A stretch of DNA of 61,148 bases, the filler included. It is 7 parts of 7 records of this genome, joined end to end, with 100 filler letters (N's around TTAATTAATTAA, not from the genome) between each part and the next. Parts side by side here need not be neighbours in the genome. Positions count along the whole stretch, not along the records: positions 1 to 7,472 come from SRR31147125_28089; positions 7,573 to 14,640 come from SRR31147125_28100; 5 more parts are not named here. One strand, written 5' to 3'. The notes beneath the pieces were generated by a model, which saw only the letters and a list, made by a program, of their open reading frames with translations, was not told where the DNA came from and ran no database searches. Below are positions 1 through 9,666 of this stretch, in pieces; the first letter of the stretch is position 1; each line of letters opens with the position of its first letter. Position numbers and translations under genes: made by a program.

Positions 1-1
1 A

Positions 2-265
2 GTGATCAGCAGGGATAAGAAACGGCGGCCTTGGGGCCGGTTGGTGGACCTTGAGAAAGTCATTGAAATGGGCGATGTCAGCCAGGATATCGTTTTGCGA
101 CAATACGATGTCGTATATGTTCCCAAGTCAGAAATCGCGAGAAGAAACCTCTGGGTGGAGCAGTATATCAACGGTTTGATTCCAGAAGACCTGTTGAGTA
201 GTTTTGAGTTAGGCGGATCAGCAGTCAGTGGGTCATTAATTGACCTGACTCCGGTAATCGAATAG
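2..265 (+). CDS. Polysaccharide export protein (Wza/GumB-like), C-terminal fragment
   Basis: SLBB-like end 'QDIVLRQYDVVYVPKS' followed by amphipathic 'NLWVEQYINGLIP'; lies directly upstream of a GumC-like gene; 5' end is outside the window. Confidence 0.75.
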   Translation: MISRDKKRRPWGRLVDLEKVIEMGDVSQDIVLRQYDVVYVPKSEIARRNLWVEQYINGLIPEDLLSSFELGGSAVSGSLIDLTPVIE

Positions 266-295
266 CATGGAATTAAATGTAAAAGGATAAGTAAA

Positions 296-1669
296 ATGGC
301 CATAAGTAGTGTACGAACGAAAAGAGATTTTGCAAGAATATGGTTTTATTGGAAAATTCCTGCGATTTTGGTTTTCTTTCTTATTGTTATTGGTATCTGC
401 TTGTATACTTTTACTCAGATTCCCATCTATGAATCAAAGGCAAAGATTTTACTTCTCCCGAAAACCAACGACGAGCTGGTCGTAAACGCTGGTCAGGGCC
501 GGACCCAATATGATGTAAAGCGTGTCGATACGGCAGATATCTTGACAGAAATTGAATTGATCAAAAGTAATTCTGTTCTTAAAAATACCATTGCCTATTA
601 TGAAGGAAGTGCCGGGGAAACAAGTGATCAGGATATTCAGAAAAAGGCGATGCAGCTTATTGAGGGGTTAACAGCCGAACCCATACCCAATTCAAATATG
701 ATAATGGTCAGTATGCAGTCGGCAAATCAGGAAAAAGTTGCTGATGTGTTAAATAAATTATTGGAGATATATATTACCTACCATAAAAAAATGTTTTCCA
801 CTGAAGAAAGCGAGACATTTTACAGTGAGCAGCAAGATTATTACGGAAAAAAATTGGCCGCAGCAAGAGCCGCTCTCAAGGACTTCAATAAAAGCAACGA
901 CATCACCAATATGCAGGGGCAGATTGATGCGAATATCGGTTTGATCACCCAGTTTAACGGTGAACTTCAGAATATAGAAGTGGCCATCGCTGAGAATGAT
1001 GCAAGAATCAAAATGCTGGAACAGGGCATTAAAATTCATGGCAGTAAGTTAATGCTTTCAAAAGAGATGAGGAACCTTACAATTATTCAGGAGTTGGCCA
1101 GAGGACTTGTTCCCCTGCTCATCAAGCGTACAGAAATCAGCAAGACCTTTACCAAGCAAAGCAGGGAATACCAGCAGATCGACGATCAGATTGCCATGCT
1201 GAGAAAAGAGATTCAAAATGAGAGTGAGGGGGCAGCCTGGAGCAATTCAGTAGAAATGAAGGCCTTAAAAATCAAGCGGGATGAACTTGCCAAACGGATT
1301 CAGCATCTTAAAGATCAGAACCGGGACATAGACCAGAAACAGGAAGCATTAAACGCTTTGGAGCTTGATGTGAGCATCGCAAAAAATAACTACTTAAAAT
1401 ATGGGATAAAAACAGAAGATTCAAGATTATATGCCATGAGGAATAAAACCAACATTTCCAATGTTGTTGTGGCAGAGAAGGCCGTCAGACCCTCGGAAGC
1501 CAAGTCACCTAAGAAAATGATTGCGCTTCAGGTCTCTATCCTCCTCGGATTGATCGCGGCTTTATTCCTGCCTTTCCTGCTGGAAACAACAGATCAGAAA
1601 CTCAAAACCATAGACGATATAGAACTGGGATTATCAGTACCAGTGGTTTGCAGTTACCGACAATTGTAG
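296..1669 (+). CDS. Polysaccharide co-polymerase / chain-length determinant (GumC/Wzc N-terminal-like, no fused kinase)
   Basis: N-terminal TM then 'PIYESKAKILL', long coiled coil, proline-rich 'VRPSEAKSPKK' and a C-terminal TM. Confidence 0.85.
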   Translation: MAISSVRTKRDFARIWFYWKIPAILVFFLIVIGICLYTFTQIPIYESKAKILLLPKTNDELVVNAGQGRTQYDVKRVDTADILTEIELIKSNSVLKNTIAYYEGSAGETSDQDIQKKAMQLIEGLTAEPIPNSNMIMVSMQSANQEKVADVLNKLLEIYITYHKKMFSTEESETFYSEQQDYYGKKLAAARAALKDFNKSNDITNMQGQIDANIGLITQFNGELQNIEVAIAENDARIKMLEQGIKIHGSKLMLSKEMRNLTIIQELARGLVPLLIKRTEISKTFTKQSREYQQIDDQIAMLRKEIQNESEGAAWSNSVEMKALKIKRDELAKRIQHLKDQNRDIDQKQEALNALELDVSIAKNNYLKYGIKTEDSRLYAMRNKTNISNVVVAEKAVRPSEAKSPKKMIALQVSILLGLIAALFLPFLLETTDQKLKTIDDIELGLSVPVVCSYRQL

Positions 1670-1707
1670 ACATCCAGGTAAATGGTCTTAGAGGGAAAGT
1701 ATAGACG

Positions 1708-2717
1708 ATGAACGACATTAGATGGCAGGATTCTTTTAATCAAAGGTCCGCTAAAAAGAGGCAGTCTATGAATAAAGACAGACAGAATTATTTGGGGAAG
1801 GATTCATTTGCCGACCAATTTTTAGGGCAGCCTGGACAACAGGCCCCATACACTGACAGGGCGTCTGCTGCCCCCCACAGCATGCCGCAGCATGAATATC
1901 ATAGTCCCCAGCAGCAATTGCCCCGCCAGGACATTCACTATCACGGCAATGCCCCCTCTGGACAACCTGTGTATCAGAATATGCCTTCCGGCGGATTTTA
2001 TAATATACCGCCTGGTAATTATCAGGAAACCCCTTCTGCATATCCAACCGAAAGCAACGGATATCGTCCACAATGGCGCTACCTGGATTTGAAGAACAGG
2101 AAACAGACCGGAGATCTATACAAAAAAGTTCTTAATGAAAATCGTAAAAATCAGGCAAAAACCTTTTGTTTCACATCCAGCCTTCCAAAGGAGGGAGTAA
2201 CAACGGTCCTGGTCAACCTAATCAATTATATCCAGTCCCAGGGAAGCAATAAGCGGTGCATTGTGATTGACGCAAATGTCGTTAATCCGAGTTTGGGCAA
2301 TGTGTTTGGACTGCCCAATAATACCCAGGGCTTAAGGGATGTGCTGTCAAAAAGGGTTGGCCTGGAATCGGTTCTCAATCCTGTGGGGCACAATATTTGG
2401 AGCCTGAGTTGCGGCAGTCTCCAAAACTATGACCGCAGCAATATTGAACCAGAGGACTTTTCAAAAGTTGTTAAAGAATGCCAACGGTTTGCAGATTATA
2501 TTTTCCTGGACTGTCCGCCCGTACTAAACTCGCCAGATGCCTTGTCAGTGGCCCCAGCCGCAGATTGTTCCTTTTGGTGGTTCAAGCCGTTAAAGTCAGA
2601 CGGCAGGTTGCCGAAAAATCCCTCGCAGTGCTTCGGAACAATGAATGTGGGTTAGGCGGTGTGGTTTTAAATCGGGTGCAACAAGTTATACCTTCTTGGA
2701 TATATAAATACATTTAA
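1708..2717 (+). CDS. CpsD/CapB-like BY-kinase homolog (frameshift near 2572, probably a sequencing error)
   Basis: Walker A-like 'SSLPKEGVTT', A' 'VIDAN', B 'IFLDCPPV'; C-terminus 'LVVQAVK...LGGVVLNR...IPSWIYKYI' is in the frame of ORF 2478..2717. Confidence 0.8.
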
Positions 2718-2720
2718 GTC

Positions 2721-4007
2721 ATGATAAACTTTCTTCTCATGATACTTTTGGCAAGTCTGTATATTTTAGATTACTTATTTTTTGTCTTGGGTATCGGCGG
2801 AAGAATCATGACCTGGATTCCGGAAATCATAACAATTTTTCTGGCAGTGGCCATTCTTTTTAAACTGGCATTTACAAAAAGCGTTAAGATACCATTTAAA
2901 TATCACCTCCTTATTTTTGCGTATCTTTTTCATCTTATCTCTGGTTTTTTTCTCAACGAGGTTTCAGCAGGAGTTGTTTTTGCCGGCATTCGAATTTATA
3001 CCAAGTTCATTCCCATTTTTCTGGTCCCCCTGGTATTCCCCCTCAGCCAAAAAGCGTTTCGAAATTTGTTGATCTGGATTTATGGCCTGTCCATGCTTCA
3101 ATTTCCTGTTGTACTGTTTCAACGCTATGTGATGTTTGAGTTCTCCGATAGCCCCGACAGGCTGGGGGGAACGCTTGGCTGGGGTACTTCAGGGGTTCTT
3201 GCTTTGTATTTGATCGCAGTTATGTCTTTTTTAATTTCATTTTACTACAAGGGGAAAATTTCTTTTCGGTTTTTCCTTTTTTCAGCTGCGGCTTCATTTA
3301 TCCCCATTACTATGAATTCAACCAAAATCAGTGTGGTTCTTCTTCCAATCGCTTTTGTCATTCCAGCATTTTTTATTGCCGAAAAAAGAGATGTTATATT
3401 TAAGACCTTGTTATTCATATCCATTTTACTTGGTTCCCTTGTGGTCTATAAGTTGGGGTATGACTATTTTGCTCAATTGCAGGGTCGGCGGAATTTGGTT
3501 CAATATGTCTCAAACAAGACGGTAGTGGATAGATACAAACAATTGCGCCTGAAACCTTTGGAAGATGCAATAAAGGTCGCCCCCAAAGGCGATCTCAGGT
3601 TTGCTCTTTTTGGTCGGGGGGCCGGCAATGTCTCCAAAGGCTTTATGCCTTTTTTAACGGGGAAATATTTTTATACAAAAGGAATAATTTATAATGTGAA
3701 TATGACATTTCCAAAGCTTATGTGGGAAATCGGCATCATAGGAACCCTGTTGTTTTTCCTCTTTCCAGTTTTTGTGTTTTTTGATTCCATTAAAGCCAGC
3801 AAAAGCCATGGAATACCAGGTGCCTATGGGCTTGGAATGTTAACGTTTAGCATCTTTATCATTCTGTCGACAGTCTATACCTATACCATCGATTCAAATA
3901 TCCTTATTTTCCTATACTTTTTTGCCGCAGGACAAGCCGTCCGGCTTGCCGTCGAATCTGAAGAAGAATTTTCCCAAGAGGAGGGGCCTGTCTTTTCAAT
4001 GGCGTGA
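2721..4007 (+). CDS. Polytopic membrane protein, probable Wzy polymerase / O-antigen ligase-like
   Basis: About 10-11 hydrophobic segments, a late soluble loop with 'LFGRGAG', EPS cluster context. Confidence 0.6.
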   Translation: MINFLLMILLASLYILDYLFFVLGIGGRIMTWIPEIITIFLAVAILFKLAFTKSVKIPFKYHLLIFAYLFHLISGFFLNEVSAGVVFAGIRIYTKFIPIFLVPLVFPLSQKAFRNLLIWIYGLSMLQFPVVLFQRYVMFEFSDSPDRLGGTLGWGTSGVLALYLIAVMSFLISFYYKGKISFRFFLFSAAASFIPITMNSTKISVVLLPIAFVIPAFFIAEKRDVIFKTLLFISILLGSLVVYKLGYDYFAQLQGRRNLVQYVSNKTVVDRYKQLRLKPLEDAIKVAPKGDLRFALFGRGAGNVSKGFMPFLTGKYFYTKGIIYNVNMTFPKLMWEIGIIGTLLFFLFPVFVFFDSIKASKSHGIPGAYGLGMLTFSIFIILSTVYTYTIDSNILIFLYFFAAGQAVRLAVESEEEFSQEEGPVFSMA

Positions 4008-5299
4008 AATCCCCTCCCATGAAAATATTAATAATTCACTATGCATTTTGGGTTACCGGAGGTCCTGAACGTTATCTGTTTAATTTGACGTCCCATTTTA
4101 GTCAGAAAGGGCATAGGATCATTCCCTTTTCAATGCATTGCAAAGAGAATCGCCCCACACCGTATTCCCGATATTTTGTCAGTCCCATCAATCCGGATGG
4201 ATCATGGTATTTTGACAAAAGCGCTAAAAATTTAAAAACCCTCTTTCGTCAGGCGTCACGTCTATTTTTCTCAAATGAAACCTATGACAACCTAACCCGA
4301 TTAATCCGCAGGGAAAAGCCAGATATCGCTTATGTACTTCTCTTTCATAAAAAATTGTCGCCATCAGTAATAACCGCATGCATGGATGAAAATCTGCCCA
4401 TGGTCATGAGAATTTCAGACTATTTGCCCATGTGCCCCAAGATGACGTTTTACAGGGATGGGCAAATATGTGAGCGTTGCAGGACAACAAAACTTTTTTC
4501 CGTGTTTCATAAATGCACCCAGAATTCATATGCTTCCAGCCTCTTATGGTATTTTGCAGATAAATGGCATCATTTCAGGGGCATTTATCGGGCGGTAAAG
4601 GCCTATGTGGTTACCAACCCATTTATGGAAGAAAAAATGTTGGAGTATGGATATGAAAACCATTACCAGGTGATAGCCTCTCCTTGCAACCTTTACTCCG
4701 ACCGGGTAATACCCATCAAAAAAAAGTTCGATTGAAGCAATTTTGTTATGTGGGTAACCTGTTCGAGCACAAGGGCATTGGTCTTTTGATTCGCTCCTTT
4801 GCACAATTTCATAAATCTTTTCCAGAGTATACCCTTGTCATTATGGGCAATGATTATGACGGGATTAGCGTCTATGAAGGCCGAATCAAAGGAGCTATTT
4901 GCAGGCATATCCTATAAAAAGCATTCGGATAAAAGCCAGGTTCTGGATCTTCTTTCAAACTCATTGTTTTCCTTAATTCCTTCTTTGTGGTACGAAAATC
5001 TTCCCAATTCAGTCATTGAAAGCTTTTCCGTTGGAACGCCTGTTATTGCATCTGATCTTGGAAGTTTACCCCATATGGTGAAACATAACCACAACGGCCT
5101 TTTATTTAAATATGGCGATGCTGGTGCATTGGAAAAAATCATGGCCGAAAGTGTTTCCACCAGTGATGCCCAGTATGGGACAATGCAGGATAACTGCCTA
5201 TTGGATGTCTCTGTGAAATATTCCCACCACGCTCACCATGACAAAATCATACAATTATTCAACAGGATCATTGATGAGACAAGGACGTCGCATGCCTGA
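4004..5299 (+). CDS. GT4 family glycosyltransferase (two apparent frameshifts near 4725 and 4870)
   Basis: 'GGPERY' N-terminal motif, 'CYVGNLFEHKGI' in ORF 4684..4917, and 'PSLWYENLPNSVIESFSVGTPVIAS' in ORF 4799..5299. Confidence 0.85.
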
Positions 5300-6397
5300 A
5301 TTGCGAATTCTGGGAATAAGAGGCATTCCAGCCCAGCATGGTGGATTTGAGACCTTTGCAGAACATCTGTCATTGTTCCTTGTCCAGCGAGGGTGGGAGG
5401 TTACGGTCTATTGTCAAAGTGATGAGATTCCCGCGGTTGCCGCGGATATGTGGAAGGGGATAAAAAGAATACATATTCCGGTTAAAGTTAAGGGTGCTGC
5501 AGGGACGGTTGTTTTCGATTGTCTGTCAACTTGGGATGCCTCAAAATCAAGCAGCCTTATTCTAACCTTGGGGTATAACACTGCGGTTTTAGGAATTTTA
5601 TATCGATTAAAAGGATTGACCAATGTCCTGAATATGGACGGAATTGAATGGCAAAGGGATAAATGGCGGGTCTGGGAGCGTCTATGGCTATATTTTAATG
5701 AGGTGGCGGGCGCATTAATTGGAAATCATCTCGTTGCTGACCACCCTGAAATCAGATCCCACCTTCACCGGTTGGTCCCCCAATCAAAAATAACCTTTAT
5801 TCCTTATTCAGCATTAAAAACTTCTTTTGCCAACGAAGAGGTGATCGCCGCATATCAATTGACTCCCGGCGGATATGCTCTTCTCGTGGCCAGGCCAGAG
5901 CCGGAAAATTCAATACTTGAAATCGTTCGGGCATTTTCGGCGGCAAAACCGGGTCGAAAACTGGTTATTTTAGGGGAGTATAATAAAGAAATACCCTACC
6001 ATGGAAAGGTAATGGAAGCGGCCGGAAACGAGGTTGTCTTTCTTGGGGCGATCTATGACAAAACCATTGTCCAGAATCTCAGGTGGTTTTCGCGATTTTA
6101 TATTCACGGTCATACTGTGGGGGGCACCAATCCTTCTCTGGTTGAAGCCCTTGCCTCAAAATCTGCAGTCTAGCCCATGACAATCGATTTAACCGATGGG
6201 TTGCGGGCCGTGGGGCATTGTATTTCTCTGAACAAAAATCCTGCGAAAAACAATTGGCTCTTTTAATGACAGATGACGATTTGATTTCCCAGTTAAAAAT
6301 TCAAAGCGAAAAGCAATACAATCAATTTTTTACAAAAGACAAAGTCTATGGCGAATATGAGATATTATTATCCCGTATGTCAAGGGCGCATAGATAG
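5292..6397 (+). CDS. GT4 glycosyltransferase with DUF1972-type N-terminus (frameshift near 6169)
   Basis: 'ILGIRGIPAQHGGFETFAE', 'VARPEPENS', 'HGHTVGGTNPSLVEAL'; continues in a shifted frame as 'LAHDNRFNRWVAG...' to TAG at 6395-6397. Confidence 0.85.
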
Positions 6398-6484
6398 TCC
6401 ATCCTAAAAAGATATTTTTAAGTTCTTGTGCCCCCTGTAAAAGGAACAGCGAGATCACTGAATCACAAAGCCTCCAAGAAGAGA

Positions 6485-7472
6485 TCAGGGGGTTCTTCCG
6501 ATAAGGGTTCGATAAACGGTTCTATTCAAGGACAATATTTTTCCATAAATAAACGGCAGGGTGATTCCTGGAATAAAAATAGATAAAAAGCTTAAATAAT
6601 TGGGGGTTTCAAAGACCAGCGGAGACAAATTCTTAAATAGGGTAAAGGTGGGCATATGGAAGACATATACAATGATTGAATATGTACCGTAATACCTCAG
6701 GATCCTTGTTAATAGAGCTTGGGAATAATTTTGGGCAATCAAATAACAGATGCCGAGAATAAATAGGGAGAAGAAGATTCCTGGCAGGCCCATTGCCTGG
6801 GATGCTTTTGATACCCAGAGTATTGCCACGTGGTAATCTGAAACGAACTGAGAGCCAAAGGTGACGATATAAAGCCCTAACAGGAGAATAAGATGCTTTT
6901 TTCCTGAAATGGCTTTTTTATAATAAGCGAAGAAAAATAATAACCCAGCGCATAGTAAATAAAATAAATTGAAATCTTATGGAATGCAAAATAGTGATAG
7001 TCCGTAAAAATATTTAAGTCACTTTTAAGAAAGATCGCAATTATAATCAAAACGCCGATATTCAGTTTAAATATGCGTATGTGTAAAAAGGTCAATATCT
7101 GGATGCTGTATAGGGTAAACAAAAACCAGAGTACCCCTGACGGCAGCAGCTTCCCATTGGACTGCTCCAGGAGCAGGGAATAGATCATTTGCCCCAGTGA
7201 TGGTGCTTGGGTATACCTGCCAAGGGTCAAATTGACCAGAAGATACACAAAGGACAAAGAATAAAAGGGTATAAGCAGCGATCTTGTCGTCTGAGTAAGA
7301 TAGGTTTTATTGCTTATATCTGGATTTGCCAGCCGGATGTGTTGAAAGCAGCCTGAGATTATAAAAAAAAGGGGCATTGCAAATGACCAGATGACCGGGT
7401 TGGTTATGGACAAAAAATTGTTCCAGACAGGATATCCTTTGTAATGGACTGCAGCATGACCATAGATAACTA
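6485..7472 (-). CDS. Acyltransferase family 3 (OafA-like O-acyltransferase), 5'-truncated, frameshift near 6870
   Basis: 'FAMPLFFIISG', 'LLIPFY', 'LWFLFTLY', 'YSIIVYVFHMP' motifs; multiple TM segments. Confidence 0.8.
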
Positions 7473-7572
7473 NNNNNNNNNNNNNNNNNNNNNNNNNNNN
7501 NNNNNNNNNNNNNNNNTTAATTAATTAANNNNNNNNNNNNNNNNNNNNNNNNNNNNNNNNNNNNNNNNNNNN
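7473..7572. other. Artificial contig linker (N44-TTAATTAATTAA-N44)
   Basis: Identical 100-nt spacer with stops in all six frames, occurring six times in the window. Confidence 0.98.
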
Positions 7573-7601
7573 CTATGGTCCAGTTTTAGGGGGAAACGTC
7601 A
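7573..7601. mobile_element. Possible IS3-family terminal inverted repeat at contig start
   Basis: 'TGGTCCAGTTTTAGGGGGAAACGTCA' has the general form of IS3-type ends (terminal ...CA); contig breaks often fall at IS copies; no transposase visible. Confidence 0.35.
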
Positions 7602-7709
7602 TCCCGATCAGCCGCTTCATGCGCGCTTCCATAGCGTTTAAATAAATGACACGAGACATCTACTTCAAGATAAGGGTAGAATACATTGATGTATGTTTTG
7701 GTTAAAAAG

Positions 7710-8603
7710 TTAGATCAATTCCGCTTTCTGTAAGATTTTATGAAGACTTTTTTTCGCAATATCATCCAACGGCTGCAGAGGTTTTCTAACATATCCACCT
7801 TCATATCCGAGTAAATCGGCAGCATATTTCAACCCAGCAATTCCAAACCCACCTGTTACGGCAGCGTTAACCGGAAATATTTTTCGATATATCTTCTCTG
7901 CTCCTTTTCGATTACCCGAATCGAACGCCTCTTGTAATGTTACACACTCATTGGGAATACAATTCGCTGCCGCAAATATACCACCAGAAACTCCAAGGGT
8001 TAAGGCAGGATACCAGGAGGAAACAGTTCCTGATAAAAGTTCAAATTGCTCATCAATAACAAGTTGATGTGAAACGAGTTGGGGAATATCTCCAGTACTA
8101 TCTTTCATCCCTATGATATTAGGATGTTGGCTTAACGTTTTAACTGCACCAATAGTTATATTTACATGAGTAAATTTAGGAACGTTATATATGAGAATTG
8201 GTATCGTGCTGTGACCAGCAACAGCTGAGAAGTAATCAATAAGGGCCTTTTCATTCATTTCACGATGATAATAAAATGGGGTGAGCACTAAAGCTGCATG
8301 AACGCCCAAATCTGCTGCACGATTAGTCAGATCAATCGTTTCTCTGGCTGAATCCATTCCCGTCCCAGCAAGGATTACGCGATCTTTTGCAGCATGTTTT
8401 ACCGTAATTTCTATAAGCTTAATCTTCTCATTTTCGCTGAGATATATCGTCTCACTATTGGACCCGAGTACGAGGTACCCCCGCAAAGAGGCTTTATTCC
8501 ACCTCTCTAGATTCCGAATATGGGCTCCATAATCAACCTGCTCATCTTCACTAAATGGAGTTATCATAGGAGGGAAAACTCCATTCAAATTTATTTTTTT
8601 CAT
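7710..8603 (-). CDS. DHDPS/NAL-family class I aldolase, 4-hydroxy-2-oxoglutarate aldolase (HOGA)-like
   Basis: 'GVFPPMITPF', 'GSNSE' (HOGA-type GSNGE rather than DapA GTTGE), 'IYNVP', Schiff-base 'GMKDS', C-terminal 'GIAGLKYAADLLGYEGGYVRKPL'. Confidence 0.8.
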   Translation of the reverse strand: MKKINLNGVFPPMITPFSEDEQVDYGAHIRNLERWNKASLRGYLVLGSNSETIYLSENEKIKLIEITVKHAAKDRVILAGTGMDSARETIDLTNRAADLGVHAALVLTPFYYHREMNEKALIDYFSAVAGHSTIPILIYNVPKFTHVNITIGAVKTLSQHPNIIGMKDSTGDIPQLVSHQLVIDEQFELLSGTVSSWYPALTLGVSGGIFAAANCIPNECVTLQEAFDSGNRKGAEKIYRKIFPVNAAVTGGFGIAGLKYAADLLGYEGGYVRKPLQPLDDIAKKSLHKILQKAELI

Positions 8604-8625
8604 CGGTTTTTCCTTTGTACAGCTA

Positions 8626-9666
8626 TTAATTGGTTTCTTGGATGATTCGAGCAATTATCTTGGCAGCACTCTGGGTCGTACCTGTACCGCCTAAATCAGG
8701 AGTCAACCCCTCCCCTTGTTCTAAAAATTTCTCTACTGATTGACGGACAGCATGTGCAGCATTCAATTCACCCAAGTGATCAAGCATCATCGCTCCACTC
8801 AAAATAAAGGCGATTGGATTGGCAATATTCTGCCCGGCTATATCGGGCGCTGCACCATGAATTGCCTCAAACATCGCAATTTCCTCACCATAGTTTCCTC
8901 CCGGTCCCAATCCAAGTCCACCGGTAATTGCCGAGGCAATGTCCGACAGGATATCGCCGTACTGATTAGGAGCAACAATCACATCGAACAGATCAGGTCT
9001 TGTTACCATCTCCGCGGCCGCAGCATCGATCATCCTGGCGTCGGTGGAGATATCCGGATACTTACCTGAGATGTCATTGAAAACCTGGAGATACATTCCG
9101 TCAGTATACGGCAACACATTGGCTTTATGGGCAAGTGTTACTCTCTTTCGCCCATCCCGGCTGGCCAATTCAAAACCGAACCGTATGATCCTTTCTGCTG
9201 CTCGCTCGGTAGCCAGAACAACTGCTTCAGCACGCCCCGGCTCGACAATACGCTCTCCTCCCACATAAACACCTTCAGACACTTCACGAACAATTACTAG
9301 ATCAATGTCAAGATCGGTAAATCTGCTTGAAACACCTGGAAATCCACGAGATGGTCTGATATTGGCAAAGGCTTGGCAGACACCACGCATAGCTCCGTTC
9401 GTTGACCCGTATGTTTTTCCACGAATAGTAACCGGTGGTGAACCAGGATGAACGATTAGTGGTGCCTTGAGCGCGACTTTGGTCCTGTTGAGACTCTCTA
9501 TGGTAATTTCAGGAAGCGGATTGCCAGTCTTCTCTTCAGAGCCATGGCCGGCTAGACATTCTTCATATGTTAATTCAACTCCGGTTGATTCAAGAACAAG
9601 CAATGTTGCTTCCATGATCTCCGGTCCAATACCATCGCCCGGAATGATAGTGATTTTATGAGTCAT
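8626..9666 (-). CDS. Isocitrate/isopropylmalate dehydrogenase family (beta-decarboxylating dehydrogenase)
   Basis: 'IPGDGIGPEI', 'ANIRP', 'HKANV', 'NQYGDILSD', 'EAIHGAAPDIAGQNIANP'. Confidence 0.9.
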   Translation of the reverse strand: MTHKITIIPGDGIGPEIMEATLLVLESTGVELTYEECLAGHGSEEKTGNPLPEITIESLNRTKVALKAPLIVHPGSPPVTIRGKTYGSTNGAMRGVCQAFANIRPSRGFPGVSSRFTDLDIDLVIVREVSEGVYVGGERIVEPGRAEAVVLATERAAERIIRFGFELASRDGRKRVTLAHKANVLPYTDGMYLQVFNDISGKYPDISTDARMIDAAAAEMVTRPDLFDVIVAPNQYGDILSDIASAITGGLGLGPGGNYGEEIAMFEAIHGAAPDIAGQNIANPIAFILSGAMMLDHLGELNAAHAVRQSVEKFLEQGEGLTPDLGGTGTTQSAAKIIARIIQETN

